Source: the human T2T-CHM13v2.0 reference genome, Homo sapiens
Strand: one strand, 5' to 3'
DNA length: 64,000 bases
NCBI RefSeq assembly: GCF_009914755.1
Contig: NC_060948.1
A program made the translations under genes and the position numbers. Each line of letters opens with the position of its first letter. The stretch's first letter is position 1. This document shows, in pieces, positions 19,843 through 37,400 of the stretch. A model generated the notes under the pieces. It saw only the letters and a list, made by a program, of their open reading frames with translations. It ran no database searches and was not told where the DNA came from.

Positions 19843-21968
19843 AGATCCATATTTTTTAAATGAAAAAAAATTTCAAAGGTACTCTGCTTGGTACAATAAT
19901 CAAATGTATAAACTGAGGAATAAAACATAACCATGAAACCTACTTATAACTGCATATGGAAAATACAGAGGATAATTTTTTAAATAACATATTTTGAAAG
20001 CCTTAACTAGTAATTTGAAGAGTTGGCATTTGAAAGGCCAGTATGAATATACCTTCAAAGCAGCAACACAGGTTCCCCATGAGAAAAAGCAAACTCAGGG
20101 AAAATAAAACCACAAAGGTTCAATCTCTTCTGACCTTTGAAAGACACAGCACAGACAGTGGTCCTTAGGACGAAGAGCAGGAGACCCCTAATTCCGTCAC
20201 CATGGCGATAGGGCATAAACATTGCTGGGTGAGGGCACAATCCACATTGTGAGGTCCAACTGCTGCCAGGAAGACAGGAGTGCTTTTACATAGACCGAAA
20301 GGTCATTGAAGGCTCAGAGTTTTGTTTCAAGAACTGAATCCCAAGCCCACACGTTATTAGGCTGCGCTTCTTAAAACAAGTTATGAGATGGGAAAAAGGG
20401 CACCCACAAACATACGTATACATTATGTATATAATAATATACAGTGTCATATATATAATATATATAACCTATGTATAATATTGTTTTACATCCTGCATCT
20501 TATATTATATATATTGTATAAAATATAACAATTGATAATATATAAGTTTTATATTTATACAATATGACATATAGTATATATTATAATTTATGACACATAT
20601 TATGTATGTTATATATCATATATAGAATATATTATACGGTTAATATACGTATTAAATATGAATTATACATTATATATATTATATATAATATATCTGTTAT
20701 ATATAATACCCATTATGCATAATATATATATTATGTCTATGTTATATATAGTATAAAACAACATATAATAATATATAATTGTATATATAAAATGCGACAT
20801 ATAATATATATTATATTTTATGACATATGTAGTATATATTATATATTATATATAATACGTTGTATGTATAATACCTATATTAAATATATATTATATGACT
20901 ATGTTATTAGTTACATGTCACATATGTTATATATAATATATTTTATATAGAATATACCGGTTACATACAATATATACTATGTTACCCATAATGAATAATT
21001 TATTACATGTAAAATAAAGAATGCAATATATTATGTATAATTTATAATATACAATATGTGGAATGTGATATATATAACATATAATATATGATATATGATA
21101 TACAGTATATGATGTATAACATACAATATATGATACCTAACATATATGGTATACATTATATATTTTATGATATGTATTGTATATGTTTTATATTCTGTTA
21201 TATATAACTATTTGAAATTATATATAACTGTATAATATTTTATGTAAATATGTAATATAATATATACAACTATATAATATATTATATATAACTATATATT
21301 ATGTTATATATACTTTTATAACATAATTTACATAAAATATCATAATAAAATATATATTATATTATTTCACATTACGTACTATATATTACATATCACCCAA
21401 TATAAGTAACATACATAATATTATAATATAGATTATATTATGTTATATTAAATCTCATATATATCATGTATCATATATTCTATAATATATATTATACATT
21501 ATATAATATGTATGTTGTCTATTATGTGATATATATAACTATATATATAATTATATTATTATACATATAACTAGATAAACATGTAATTCTACATATTTTC
21601 ATTTATAATATATAGAATTATATAATCATATATAATTATTTATATTCTATAAAAAATTATATCATTATATAAATTATAAAATATAAAAATTATAATATGT
21701 ACTACATATATATATTATATATCATATATGATATATTACCTTTGTTATATATCATAATACATATAAATGTGTAATATGATATCTATAATTATATAATTTC
21801 ATATATAAGATGTATAATATGTATTATATATTATATATGTTATGTAATATATATAGTATATATAAGATGACACAGGATAAATATTATATACTATGACATA
21901 TAAAATATATGAGGTTATATGTTACATATAAGGCATAGCACATAACATGTAATATATATCATATATAA

Positions 21969-22260
<292 letters not shown>

Positions 22261-24384
22261 AGATCCATATTTTTTAAATGAAAAAAAATTTCAAAGGTAC
22301 TCTGCTTGGTACAATAATCAAATGTATAAACTGAGGAATAAAACATAACCATGAAACCTACTTATAACTGCATATGGAAAATACAGAGGATAATTTTTTA
22401 AATAACATATTTTGAAAGCCTTAACTAGTAATTTGAAGAGTTGGCATTTGAAAGGCCAATATGAATATACCTTCAAAGCAGCAACACAGGTTCCCCATGA
22501 GAAAAAGCAAAGTCAGGGAAAATAAAACCACAAAGGTTCAATCTCTTCTGACCTTTGAAAGACACAGCACAGACAGTGGTCCTTAGGACGAAGAGCAGGA
22601 GACCCCTAATTCCGTCACCATGGCGATAGGGCATAAACATTGCTGGGTGAGGGCACAATCCACATTGTGAGGTCCAACTGCTGCCAGGAAGACAGGAGTG
22701 CTTTTACATAGACCGAAAGGTCATTGAAGGCTCAGAGTTTTGTTTCAAGAACTGAATCCCAAGCCCACACGTTATTAGGCTGCGCTTCTTAAAACAAGTT
22801 ATGAGATGGGAAAAAGGGCACCCACAAACATACGTATCCTTTATGTATATAATAATATACAGTATCATATATATAATATATATAACCTATGTATAATATT
22901 GTTTTACATCCTGCATCTTATATTATATATATTGTATAAAATATAATAATTGATAATATATAAGTTTTATATTTATACAATATGACATATAGTATATATT
23001 ATAATTTATGACATATATTATGTATGTTATATATCATATATAGAATATATTATACGGTTAATATACGTATTAAATATGAATTATACATTATATATATTAT
23101 ATATAATATATCTGTTATATATAATACCCATTATGCATAATATATATATTATGTCTATGTTATATATAGTGTAAAACAACATATAATAATATATAATTGT
23201 ATATATAAAATGCGACATATAATATATATTATATTTTATGACATATGTAATATATATTATATATTATATATAATACGTTGTATGTATAATACCTATATTA
23301 AATATATATTATAAGACTATGTTATTAATTACATGTCACATATGTTATATATTATATATTTTACATAGAATATACCGGTTACATACAATATATACTATGT
23401 TACCCATAATGAATAATTTATTACATGTAAAATAAAGAATGCAATATATTATGTATAATTTATAATATACAATATGTGGAATGTGATATATATAACATAT
23501 AATATATGTTATATGATATACAGTATATGATATATAACATACAATATATGATACCTAACATATATGGTATACATTATATATTTTATGATATGTATTGTAT
23601 ATGTTTTATATTCTGTTATATATAACTATTTGAAATTATATATAACTGTATAATATTTTATGTAAATATGTAATATAATATATACAACTATATAATATAT
23701 TATATATAACTATATATTATGTTATATATACTTTTATAACATAATATACATAAAATATCATAATAAAATATATATTATATTATTTCACATTACGTACTAT
23801 ATATTACATATCACCCAATATAAGTAACATACATAATATTATAATATAGATTATATTATGTTATATTAAGTCTCATATATATCATGTATCATATATTCTA
23901 TAATATATATTATACATTATATAATATGTATGTTGTCTATTATGTGATATATATAACTATATATATAATTATATTATTATACATATAACTAGATAAACAT
24001 GTAATTCTACATATTTTCATTTATAATATATAGAATTATATAATCATATATAATTATTTATATTCTATAAAAAATTATATCATTATATAAATTATAAAAT
24101 ATAAAAATTATAATATGTACTACATATATATTATATATCATATATGATATAGTACCTTTGTTATATATCATAATACATATAAATGTGTATTATGATATCT
24201 ATAATTATATAATTTCATATATAAGATGTATAATATGTATTATATATTATATATGTTATGTAATATATATAGTATATATAAGATGACACAGGATAAATAT
24301 TATATACTATGACATATAAAATATATGAGGTTATATGTTACATATAAGGCATAGCACATAACATGTAATATATATCATATATAA

Positions 24385-24676
<292 letters not shown>

Positions 24677-26799
24677 AGATCCATATTTTTTAAATGAAAA
24701 AAAATTTCAAAGGTACTCTGCTTGGTACAATAATCAAATGTATAAACTGAGGAATGAAACATAACCATGAAACCTACTTATAACTGCATATGGAAAATAC
24801 AGAGGATAATTTTTTAAATAACATATTTTGAAAGCCTTAACTAGTAATTTGAAGAGTTGGCATTTGAAAGGCCAGTATGAATATACCTTCAAAGCAGCAA
24901 CACAGGTTCCCCATGAGAAAAAGCAAACTCAGGGAAAATAAAACCAAAAAGGTTCAATCTCTTCTGACCTTTGAAAGACACAGCACAGACAGTGGTCCTT
25001 AGGACGAAGAGCAGGAGACCCCTAATTCCGTCACCATGGCGATAGGGCATAAACATTGCTGGGTGAGGGCACAATCCACATTGTGAGGTCCAACTGCTGC
25101 CAGGAAGACAGGAGTGCTTTTACATAGACCGAAAGGTCATTGAAGGCTCAGAGTTTTGTTTCCAGAACTGAATCCCAAGCCCACACGTTATTAGGCTGCG
25201 CTTCTTAAAACAAGTTATGAGATGGGAAAAAGGGCACCCACAAACATACGTATACATTATGTATATAATAATATACAGTATCATATATATAATGTATATA
25301 ACCTATGTATAATATTGTTCTACATCCTGCATCTTATATTATATATATTGCATAAAATATAATAATTGATAATATATAAGTTTTATATTTATACAATATG
25401 ACATATAGTATATATTATAATTTATGACATATATTATATATGTTATATATCATATATGGAATATATTATAGGGTTAATATACGTATTAAATATAAATTAT
25501 ACATTATATATATTATATATAATATATCTGTTATATATAATACGCATTATGCATAATATATATATTATGTCTATGTTATATATAGTATAAAACAACATAT
25601 AATAATATATAATTGTATATATAAAATGCGACATATAATATATATTATATTTTATGACATATGTAATATATATTATATATTATATATAATACGTTGTATG
25701 TATAATACCTATATTAAATATATATTATATGACTATGTTATTAATTACATGTCACATATGTTATATATTATATATTTTACATAGAATATACCGGTTACAT
25801 ACAATATATACTATGTTACCCATAATGAATAATTTATTACATGTAAAATAAAGAATGCAATATATTATGTATAATTTATAATATACAATATGTGAAATGT
25901 GATATATATAACATATAATATATGATATATGATATACAGTATATGATATATAACATACAATATATGATACCTAACATATATGGTATACATTATATGTTAT
26001 ATGATATGTATTCTATATGTTTTATATTCTGTTATATATAACTATTTGAAATTATATATAACTGTATAATATTTTATGTAAATATGTAATATAATATATA
26101 CAACTATATAATATATTATATATAACTATATATTATGTTATATATACTTTTATAACATAATTTACATAAAATATCATAATAAAATATATATTATATTATT
26201 TCACATTACGTACTATATATTACATATCACCCAATATAAGTAACATACATAATATTATAATATAGATTATATTATGTTATATTAAATCTCATATATATCA
26301 TGTATCATATATTCTATAATATATATTATACATTATATAATATGTGTTGTCTATTATGTGATATATATAACTATATATATAATTATATTTTTATACATAT
26401 AACTAGATAAACATGTAATTCTACATATTTTCATTTATAATATATAGAATTATATAATCATATATAATTATTTATATTCTATAAAAAATTATATCATATA
26501 AATTATAAAATATAAAAATTATAATATGTACTACAAATATATATATTATATATCATATATGATATAGTACCTTTGTTATATATCATAATACATATAAATG
26601 TGTATTATGATATCTATAATTATATAATTTTATATATAAGATGTATAATATGTATTATATATTATATATGTTATGTAATATATATAGTATATATAAGATG
26701 ACACAGGATAAATATTATATACTATGACATATAAAATATATGAGGTTATATGTTACATATAAGGCATAGCACATGACATGTAATATATATCATATATAA

Positions 26800-27091
<292 letters not shown>

Positions 27092-29194
27092 AGATCCATA
27101 TTTTTTAAATGAAAAAAAATTTCAAAGGTACTCTGCTTGGTACAATAATCAAATGTATAAACTGAGGAATAAAACATAACCATGAAACCTACTTATAACT
27201 GCATATGGAAAATACAGAGGATAATTTTTTAAATAACATATTTTGAAAGCCTTAACTAGTAATTTGAAGAGTTGGCATTTGAAAGGCCAGTATGAATATA
27301 CCTTCAAAGCAGCAACACAGGTTCCCCATGAGAAAAAGCAAACTCAGGGAAAATAAAACCACAAAGGTTCAATCTCTTCTGACCTTTGAAAGACACAGCA
27401 CAGACAGTGGTCCTTAGGACGAAGAGCAGGAGACCCCTAATTCCGTCACCATGGCGATAGGGCATAAACATTGCTGGGTGAGGGCACAATCCACATTGTG
27501 AGGTCCAACTGCTGCCAGGAAGACAGGAGTGCTTTTACATAGACCGAAAGGTCATTGAAGGCTCACAGTTTTGTTTCAAGAACTGAATCCCAAGCCCACA
27601 CGTTATTAGGCTGCGCTTCTTAAAACAAGTTATGAGATGGGAAAAAGGGCACCCACAAACATACGTATACATTATGTATATAATAATATACGGTATCATA
27701 TATATAATATATATAACCTATGTATAATATTGTTTTACATCCTGCATCTTATATTATATATATTGTATAAAATATAATAATTGATAATATATAAGTTTTA
27801 TATTTATACAATATGACATATAGTATATATTATAATTTATGACATATAAAATATATGTTATATATCATATATAGAATATATTATACGGTTAATATACGTA
27901 GTAAATATAAATTATACTTTATATATATTATATATAATATATCTCATATATAATACCCATTATGCATAATATATATATTATGTCTATGTTATATATAGTA
28001 TAAAACAACACATAATAATATATAATTGTATATATAAAATGCGACATATAATATATATTATATTTTATGACATATGTAATATATATTATATATTATATAC
28101 AATACGTTGTATGTATAATACCTATATTAAATATATATTATATGACTATGTTATTAATTACATGTCACATATGTTATATATTATATATTTTACATAGAGT
28201 ATACCGGTTACATACAATATATACTATGTTACCTATAATATATAATTTATTACATGTAAAATAAAGAATGTAATATATTATGTATAATTTATAATATACA
28301 ATATGTGGAATGTGATTTATATAACATATAATATATGATATAGGATATACAGTATGTGATATATAACATACAATATATGATACCTAATATAAACGGTATA
28401 CAATATATATTTTATGATATGTATTCTATATGTTTTATATTCTGTTATATATAACTATTTGAAATTATATATAACTGTATAATATTTTATGTAAATATGT
28501 AATATAACATATATAACTATATAATATATTATATATAACTATATATTATGTTATATATACTTTTATAAGATAATTTACTTAAAATATCATAATATAATAT
28601 ATATTATATTATTTCATATTACATAATATATATTACATATCACCCAATATAAGTAACATACATAATATTATAATATAGATTATATTATGTTATATTAAAT
28701 ATCATATATATCATGTATCATATATTCTATAATTTATATTATTCATTATATAATATGTATGTTGTCTATTATGTGATATATATAACTATATATATAATTA
28801 TATTATTATACATATAACTAGATAAACATGTAATTCTACATATTTTCATTTATAATATATAGAATTATATAATCATATATAATTATTTATATTCTATAAA
28901 AAATTATATCATTATATAAATTATAATATATAAAAATTATAATATGTACTACAAACAGATATATTATATATCATATATGATATAGTACCTTTGTTATATA
29001 TCATATTACATATAAATGTGAATTATGTCATCTATAATTATATAATTTCATATATCAGTTGTATAATATGTATTATATATTTTATATGTTATGTAATATA
29101 TATTGTAAATATAAGATTACACAGGATAAATATTATATACTATGACATATAAAATATATGAGGTTATATGTTACATATAAGGCATAGCACATAA

Positions 29195-29509
<315 letters not shown>

Positions 29510-32500
29510 AGATCCACATTTTTTAAATGAAAAAAAATTTCAAAGGTACTCTGCTTGGTACAATAATCAAATGTATAAACTGAGGAATAAAACATAACCA
29601 TGAAACATACTTATAACTGCATATGGAAAATACAGAGGATAATTTTTTAAATAACATATTTTGAAAGCCTTAACTAGTAATTTGAAGAGTTGGCATTTGA
29701 AAGGTCAGTATGAATATACCTTCAAAGCAGCAGCAGAGGTTCCCCATGAGAAAAAGCAAACTCAGGGAAAATAAAACCACAAAGGTTCAATCTCTTCTGA
29801 CCTTTGAAAGACACAGCACAGACAGTGGTCCTTAAGACGAAGAGCAGGAGACCCCTCATTCCATCACCATGGCGATAGGGCATAAACATTGCTGGGTGAG
29901 GGCACAATCCACATTCTGAGGTCCAACTGCTGCCAGGAAGACAGGAGTGCTTTTACATAGACCGAAAGGTCATTGAAGGCTCAGAGTTTTGTTTCAAGAA
30001 CTGAATCCCTAGCCCACACGTTATTATGCTGCGCTTCTTGAAACAAGTTATGAGATGGGAAATAGGGCACCCACAATTATATCTATACATTATGTATATA
30101 ATAATATATAGAATCAAATATATAATATATGTAACATATATATATAATACTGTTTTACATCCTGCATTTATATTATATATATTATATGTATTATAATAAC
30201 TGGTAATGTATAAGTATTATATTTATACACTATGACATATAATAATTATATTTTATGACATATATAATATATATTATATATCATATACCAAATATATGGT
30301 TAATGTACGTATTAAGTATATAATATACATTATATATATTATATCTACCTTATATATAACATTCACTATAGTTAATATATATATTATATCTAGTTATATA
30401 TAATATAAAAAAACATATAATAATATATAACTGTATATATAAAATATGACATATAATATATATTATATTTTATGACATATATATGATATGTATTATATAT
30501 TATATATAATACTTTGTATGTATAATACATGTATTAAATATATATTATATGTCTCTGTTATTAATTATAAATAATATATGTTATATATTACATATTTGAT
30601 ATAGGATACACATGTTACATAGAATATATTCTATGTTACATATAACGTAGAATTTATTATATGTAATATAATGTATGTCATATATTATAAATTCCTTATA
30701 ATATACAATATGTGGAGTGTGTTATGTATAACTTGTAATATATGATATATGATATACAATATATGTTATATAACATACAATATATGATACATAATATATA
30801 TGGTATACAATATATATTTTATGATATATATTATATATGTTTTATATTTTATTATATATAACTATTTAAAATTATATATAACTGTATAGTATTATACGTA
30901 AATATATAATATAATACATATAACCATATATTATGTTATATATAATTTTAATACATACTTTCCATAATATATCATATGGACTCCTTTGGAATGGTCTAGT
31001 ATGCAATGCAATCGACTAACAGGGAATTAAAAGGAATGTAATCGAATGGATTGGACTGGAATGCAATGGACTCGAATAGATTGGAAACGGAATGCAAAGG
31101 AATGGAATGGAATAGTATGGAATGGAATGGAAAGGAATGGAATGGAATAGACTAGAGTAGAATGGAATGGACTCGAAAGCAATGGACTGGAATGGAACTT
31201 TCTGGAATGGTCTGGAATCAAACGGAATGGAATGCCATGCAATCAAATAGAATAAAAGAGAATCAAATCCAATCGAATGGATTGGAAAGGAATTGACTCA
31301 AATGGAATGGACTAGAATGAAAGGGAAAGGAATGGAATCTACTGGAATGGACTGTAATGGAATGGAATCGAAGGGGTTGGAATGGAATCGAATGGAATGG
31401 ACTGCAATAGAAAGGATTCGAATGGAATGAAAAAGAATTGAAGGGAATAGAACAGAATGGAATCAAATCGAATGAAATGGAATGGAATAGAAAGGATTCG
31501 AATGGAATGCAATCGAGTGGAATGGAATCGAACGGAATGGAATAAAATGGAAGAAAGCTGGCAAGAAAAGGAATCGAAATGAATGGAGTGTTATGGAACG
31601 GACTCAAAAGGAATTGAATGTAATAGAATGGAGTGGAGTGGACTCGAATATAGTGGACTGGAATGGAATGAAATCACATGGAATGGGAACGAATGGAATG
31701 GAATGGAAAGGAATGGAATCGAATGGAAAGGAATTGAATGGAAGGGAATGAAATTGAATCAACAGGAATGGAAGGGAATAGAATAGACGGTAATGGAATG
31801 GACTCGAATAGAATGGACACGAATGCTCAAATTGAATGGACTCGAATGGAATGGCAACGAAAGGAATGTCATCGAATGGAATTGAATCGATTGGAATGAA
31901 ATCGCATAGAATGGAGTGGAATCAAATGGAATTGAATCGAAAGGAAAGGAAGCGAACGGACTGAAATGAAATGGAATGGAATTGAATGGAAAGTAATGCA
32001 ATGGAATAGAATGGAACGAAATTTCACGGAATGGAATCAAACTGAATGGAATCAAATCAATGGAATCTAATCAAATGGAATGGAAAGGAATTGAATGGAG
32101 TAGATTGGATTGGATGGGATTGGAATGAAATGTACTGGAAAGGACTCGAATTTCATGAAACGGAATGGAATGAATTGGAACGGAATGGACTCGAATGGAA
32201 TGGAATGTCATGGAATGGCATCAAATGGAATGGAATCGAATGCAATGGAATGCTATGGAATGGAATGGAATGCATTGGAATGGAATGTCCTCTAATGGAA
32301 TGGATTCGAGTGGAATGGAATCGAATAAAATGGAGTCGAATGAAATGGAATTGAAAGGAATGGGATCGAATAGAATGGAATATACTGGAATGTAAGGTAA
32401 TGAACTCGAATGTAATTGACTGGAATGGAATGTACATGAATGGAATGTAATCGAATGGAAAGTAATCCAATGGAATAGATTCTAATGCAATAAAATCGAC

Positions 32501-33336
32501 TCAGATAGAGTAGAATGTAATGGAATGGAGTGCAGTGCAATGGAATGGAATGGAATGGAATGCAATGGAATGGAATGGAATGGAATGGAATGGAATGGGA
32601 TGGAATGGTATGGAATGGATAGTAATGGACTGGAGTGAAATGGACTGGAAAGGAATGGACTCAAATTGAAAGGGCTCGAAAGGAATGGAGTCAAATGGTA
32701 TGGTCTGGAATGGAATGAACACGAATGTAATGCAATCCAATAGAATGGAATCGAATGGCATGGAATATAAAGAAATGGAATCGAAGAGAATGGAAACAAA
32801 TGGAATGGAATTGACTGGAATGGAATTGAATGGAATGGGAACGAATGGAGTGAAATTGTATGCAGTAGAAAGGAATAGAATGGAATGCAAGCGAAAGGAA
32901 AGGAATGGATTGGAATGGAATGGAATTCATTGGAATGGAAGGGAATGTAGTGTAATGGACAGGCCTGGAATAAAGTGGAATGCTACGGTCTCGAATGGAA
33001 TAAAAATGTATGGAATGGAATGCAATGAAACGGAATCGAATGTCATAGAATGTAATGGAATGCAAAAAAATGGAATCCAAAATCATTGACTGGAAAGGCT
33101 GTGTGTCGAAAGGAATTGACTCCAATGGAATGGAATCGAATGGAATGGAAGTGAATAGAATCGAACTAAATCGAATGGAATGGAATTGATAGGAACGGAA
33201 TGGAAAGGAATGCAATGATTTGGCATGGAATGGAATCGAATGGCATCGAATGGAATGGAATGGAATGCAATGGAATGGAATGTATTAGAATGTAATGAAC
33301 TTTAATGGAATGTACTCGAATGGATTCGACTGGAAT

Positions 33337-33351
33337 GGAATGTTCTGGAAG
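33337..33351. promoter_or_regulatory. Consensus heat-shock element nGAAnnTTCnnGAAn (representative copy)
   Basis: gGAAtgTTCtgGAAg; gGAAtgTTCtaGAAg in most later units (e.g. 36874). Motif match only; occupancy not shown. Confidence 0.45.
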
Positions 33352-33616
33352 TGAATGGACTCCAATGGAATGGATTCGAAAGGAATGGAATCATACGGAA
33401 TGGAATCTAATGGAATGGAATTAAATGGAAATGAATCAAATGGAATAGCACGGAATTGAATTGAATGGAATCGAATGCAATGGAATCTAATGAAACGGAA
33501 AGGAAAGGAATGGAATGGAATGGAATGGGCTGGAATGGAAAGGAATCGAAACGAATGGAATGGAATCGAACTGAAGAGACTGGAATGGAATGCACTGGAA
33601 TGGAAGGGAGTGTAAT

Positions 33617-33631
33617 GGAAGGTTCTCGAAA
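33617..33631. promoter_or_regulatory. Consensus heat-shock element (representative copy)
   Basis: gGAAggTTCtcGAAa, present in every full DYZ1 unit. Motif match only. Confidence 0.45.
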
Positions 33632-34417
33632 AAAATGGAATCGAATGGAATGGAATTGAATGGAACGGAATAGAGTCGAATGGAATTGAATGGAATGGAA
33701 TGGACTAGAGTGAAATGGAATCGAACCACAAGGAATGGACAGGAATAGAATGGTCTCGAATTGAATGGAATCGTATGGAATGGCATCAAACGGAATGGAA
33801 TTGACAGCCACGGAATGGAATGCACTCGAATGCAATGGAGTCGAAACTAATGGACTGGAATAGAATGGACTCGACTGGTACGGACTCCAATGGAATGGAA
33901 TCGAATGGAAGGGAATCGAACGGAATGGACTCGAAGGGAAAAGACTGCAATGGAAAGGTCTCGAATGGAATGGAAATTAATGGAATGGAATGGAATCGAA
34001 TGAAATGGAGTCAAAAGGAATGGAATCGAATGGCAAGAAATCGAATGTAATGGAATCGCAAGGAATTGATGTGAACGGAATGGAATGGAATGGAATCCAA
34101 AGGAATGGAATAGAATGGAATGGAATCGAATGGAAAGGACTCGAATGGAAATCACTCGAATAGAATGCAATTTAATAAAATAGGATCAAATGTAATGGAA
34201 TGGAATGGAAAGGAATCGAAACGAAAGGAATGGAGACATGGAATGGAATGGAACAGAGAGCAATGGTATAGAATGGAATGGAATCATCTGGAATGGAATT
34301 GAATGGAATGGAATAATATGAAATGGAATGGAATGCAATGGAATGCCCTTGAATTAAATGGACTGGAATGGAATGGACTCGAACAGAGTGGAATGGAAAG
34401 TGTTGAGATAGAATGGA

Positions 34418-37400
34418 ATGGACTCCTTTGGAATGGTGTAGTATGCAATGCAATCGACTGGCAGGGAATCAAAAGGAATGTAATCGAATGGATTGGACTG
34501 GAATGCAATGGACTCGAATAGATTGGAAACGGAATGCAAAGGAATGGAATGGAATAGTATGGAATGGAATGGAAAGGAATGGAGTGGAAGAGACTAGAGT
34601 CAAATGGAATGGACTCGAAAGCAATGGACTGGAATGGAACTTTCTTGAATGGACTGGAATCAAACGGAATGGAATGCAATGCAATCAAATGGCATGGAAT
34701 AAAATAGAATGAAAGGGAATCAAATGGAATTGAATCGAATGGAATCGAATGGATTGGAAAGGAATAGAATGGAATGGAATGGAATTGACTCAAATGGAAT
34801 GGACTAGAATGGAATGGATTCGAATGGAAGGCAAAGGAATGGAATCTATTGGAATGGACTGTAATGGAATGGAATGGAAGGGATTGGAATGCACTCGAAT
34901 GGAATGGACTGCAATAGAAAGGATTCGAATGGAATGAAAAAGAATTGAATGGAATAGAACAGAATGGAATCAAATCGAATGAAATGGAATGGAATAGAAA
35001 GTAATGGAATGAAATGGAATGGAAAGGATTCGAATGGAATGCAATCGAATGGAATGGAATCGAACGGAATGGAATAAAATGGAAGAAAACTGGAAAGAAA
35101 TGGAATCGAAATGAATGGAGTGTTATGGAACGGACTCAAAAGGAATTGAATGTAATAGAATGGAGAGGAGTGGACTCGAATATAATGGACTGGAATGGAA
35201 TGAAATCACATGGAATGGGAACGAATGGAATGGAATGGAAAGGAATGGAATCGAATGGAAAGGAATCGAATGGAAGGGAATGAAATTGAATCAACAGGAA
35301 TGGAAGGGAATAGAATAGACGGTAATGGAATGGACTCGAATAGAATGGACACGAATGCTCAAATTGAATGGACTCGAATGGAATGGAAACGAAAGGAATG
35401 TCATCGAATGGAATTGAATCGATTGGAATGAAATCGCATAGAATGGAGTGGAATCAAATGGAATTGAATCGAAAGGAAAGGAAGCGAATGGACTGAAATG
35501 AAATAGAATGGAATTGAATGGAAAGTAATGCAATGGAATAGAATGGAACGAAATTTCACGGAATGGAATCAAACTAAATGGAATCAAATCAATGGAATCT
35601 AATCAAATGGAATGGAAAGGAATTGAATGGAGTAGATGGGATTGGATGGGATTGGAATGAAATGTACTGGAAAGGACTCGAATTTCATGAAACGGAATGG
35701 AATGAATTGGAACGGAATGGACTCGAATGGAATGGAATGTCATGGAATGGCATCAAATGGAATGGCATCAAATGGAATGGAATCGACTGCAATGGAATGC
35801 TATGGAATGGAATGGAATGCATTGGAATGGAATGTCCTCGAATGGAATGGATTCGAGTGGAATGGAATCGAATATAATGGAGTCGAATGAAATGGAATTG
35901 AAAGGAATGGGATCGAATACAATGGAATATACTGGAAGGTAATGTAATGAACTCGAATGTAATTGACTGGAATGGAATGTACATGAATGGAATGTAATCC
36001 AATGGAAAGTAATCCAATGGAATAGAATCTAATGCAATAAAATCGACTCAGATAGAGTAGAATGTAATGGAGTGCAGTGCAATGGAATGGAATGGAATGG
36101 AATGCAATGGAATGGAATGGAATGGAATAGAATGGAATGGAAAGGAATGGGATGGAATGGTATGGAATGGATAGTAATGGACTGGAGTGAAATGGACTGG
36201 AAAGGAATGGACTCAAATTGAAAGGGCTCGAAAGGAATGGAGTCAAATGGAATGGTCTGGAATGGAATGAACACGAATGTAATGCAATCCAATAGAATGG
36301 AATCGAATGGCATGGAATATAAAGAAATGGAATCGAAGAGAATGGAAACAAATGGAATGGAATTGAATGGAATGGGAACGAACGGAGTGAAATTGTATGC
36401 AGTAGAAGAGAATAGAATGGAATGCAAGCGAAAGGAAAGGAATGGATTGGAATGGAATGGAATTCATTGGAATGGAAGGGAATGTAGTGTAATGGACAGG
36501 CCTGGAATAAAGTGGAATGCTACGGTCTCGAATGGAATAAAAATGTATGGAATGGAATGCAATGAAACGGAATCGAATGTCATAGAATGTAATGGAATGC
36601 AAAAAAATGGAATCCAAAATCATTGACTGGAAAGGCTGGGTGTCGAAAGGAATTGACTCCAATGGAATGGAATCGAATGGAATGGAAGTGAATAGAATCG
36701 AACTAAATCGAATGGAATGGAATTGATAGGAACGGAATGGAAAGGAATGCAATGATTTGGCATGGAATGGAATCGAATGGCATCGAATGGAATGGAATGG
36801 AATGCAATGGAATGGAATGTATTAGAATGTAATGAACATTAATGGAATGTACTCGAATGGATTCGACTGGAATGGAATGTTCTAGAAGTGAATGGACTCC
36901 AATGGAATGGATTCAAAAGGAATGGAATCCTACGGAATGGCATCTAATGGAATGGAATTAAATGGAAATGAATCAAATGGAATAGCACGGAATTGAATTG
37001 AATGGAATCGAATGCAATGGAATCTAATGAAACGGAAAGGAAAGGAATGGAATGGAATGGAATGGGCTGGAATGGAAAGGAATCGAAACGAATGGAATGG
37101 AATGGAACTGAAGAGACTGGAATGGAATGCACTGGAATGGAAGGGAGTGTAATGGAAGGTTCTCGAAAAAAATGGAATCGAATGGAATGGAATTGAATGG
37201 AACGGAATAGAGTCGAATGGAATTGAATGGAATCGAATGGACTAGAGTGAAATGGAATCGAACCACAAGGAATGGACAGGAATAGAATGGTCTCGAATTG
37301 AATGGAATCGTATGGAATGGCATCAAACGGAATGGAATTGACAGCCACGGAATGGAATGCACTCGAATGCAATGGAGTCGAAACTAATGGACTGGAATAG

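Larger units (their letters stand above)
30976..34417 (+). repeat. DYZ1 unit 1, junction-proximal and shortened (3442 bp)
   Basis: Landmark spacing 30976 to 34418; several pentamer-multiple deletions in the first ~600 bp. Confidence 0.88.
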
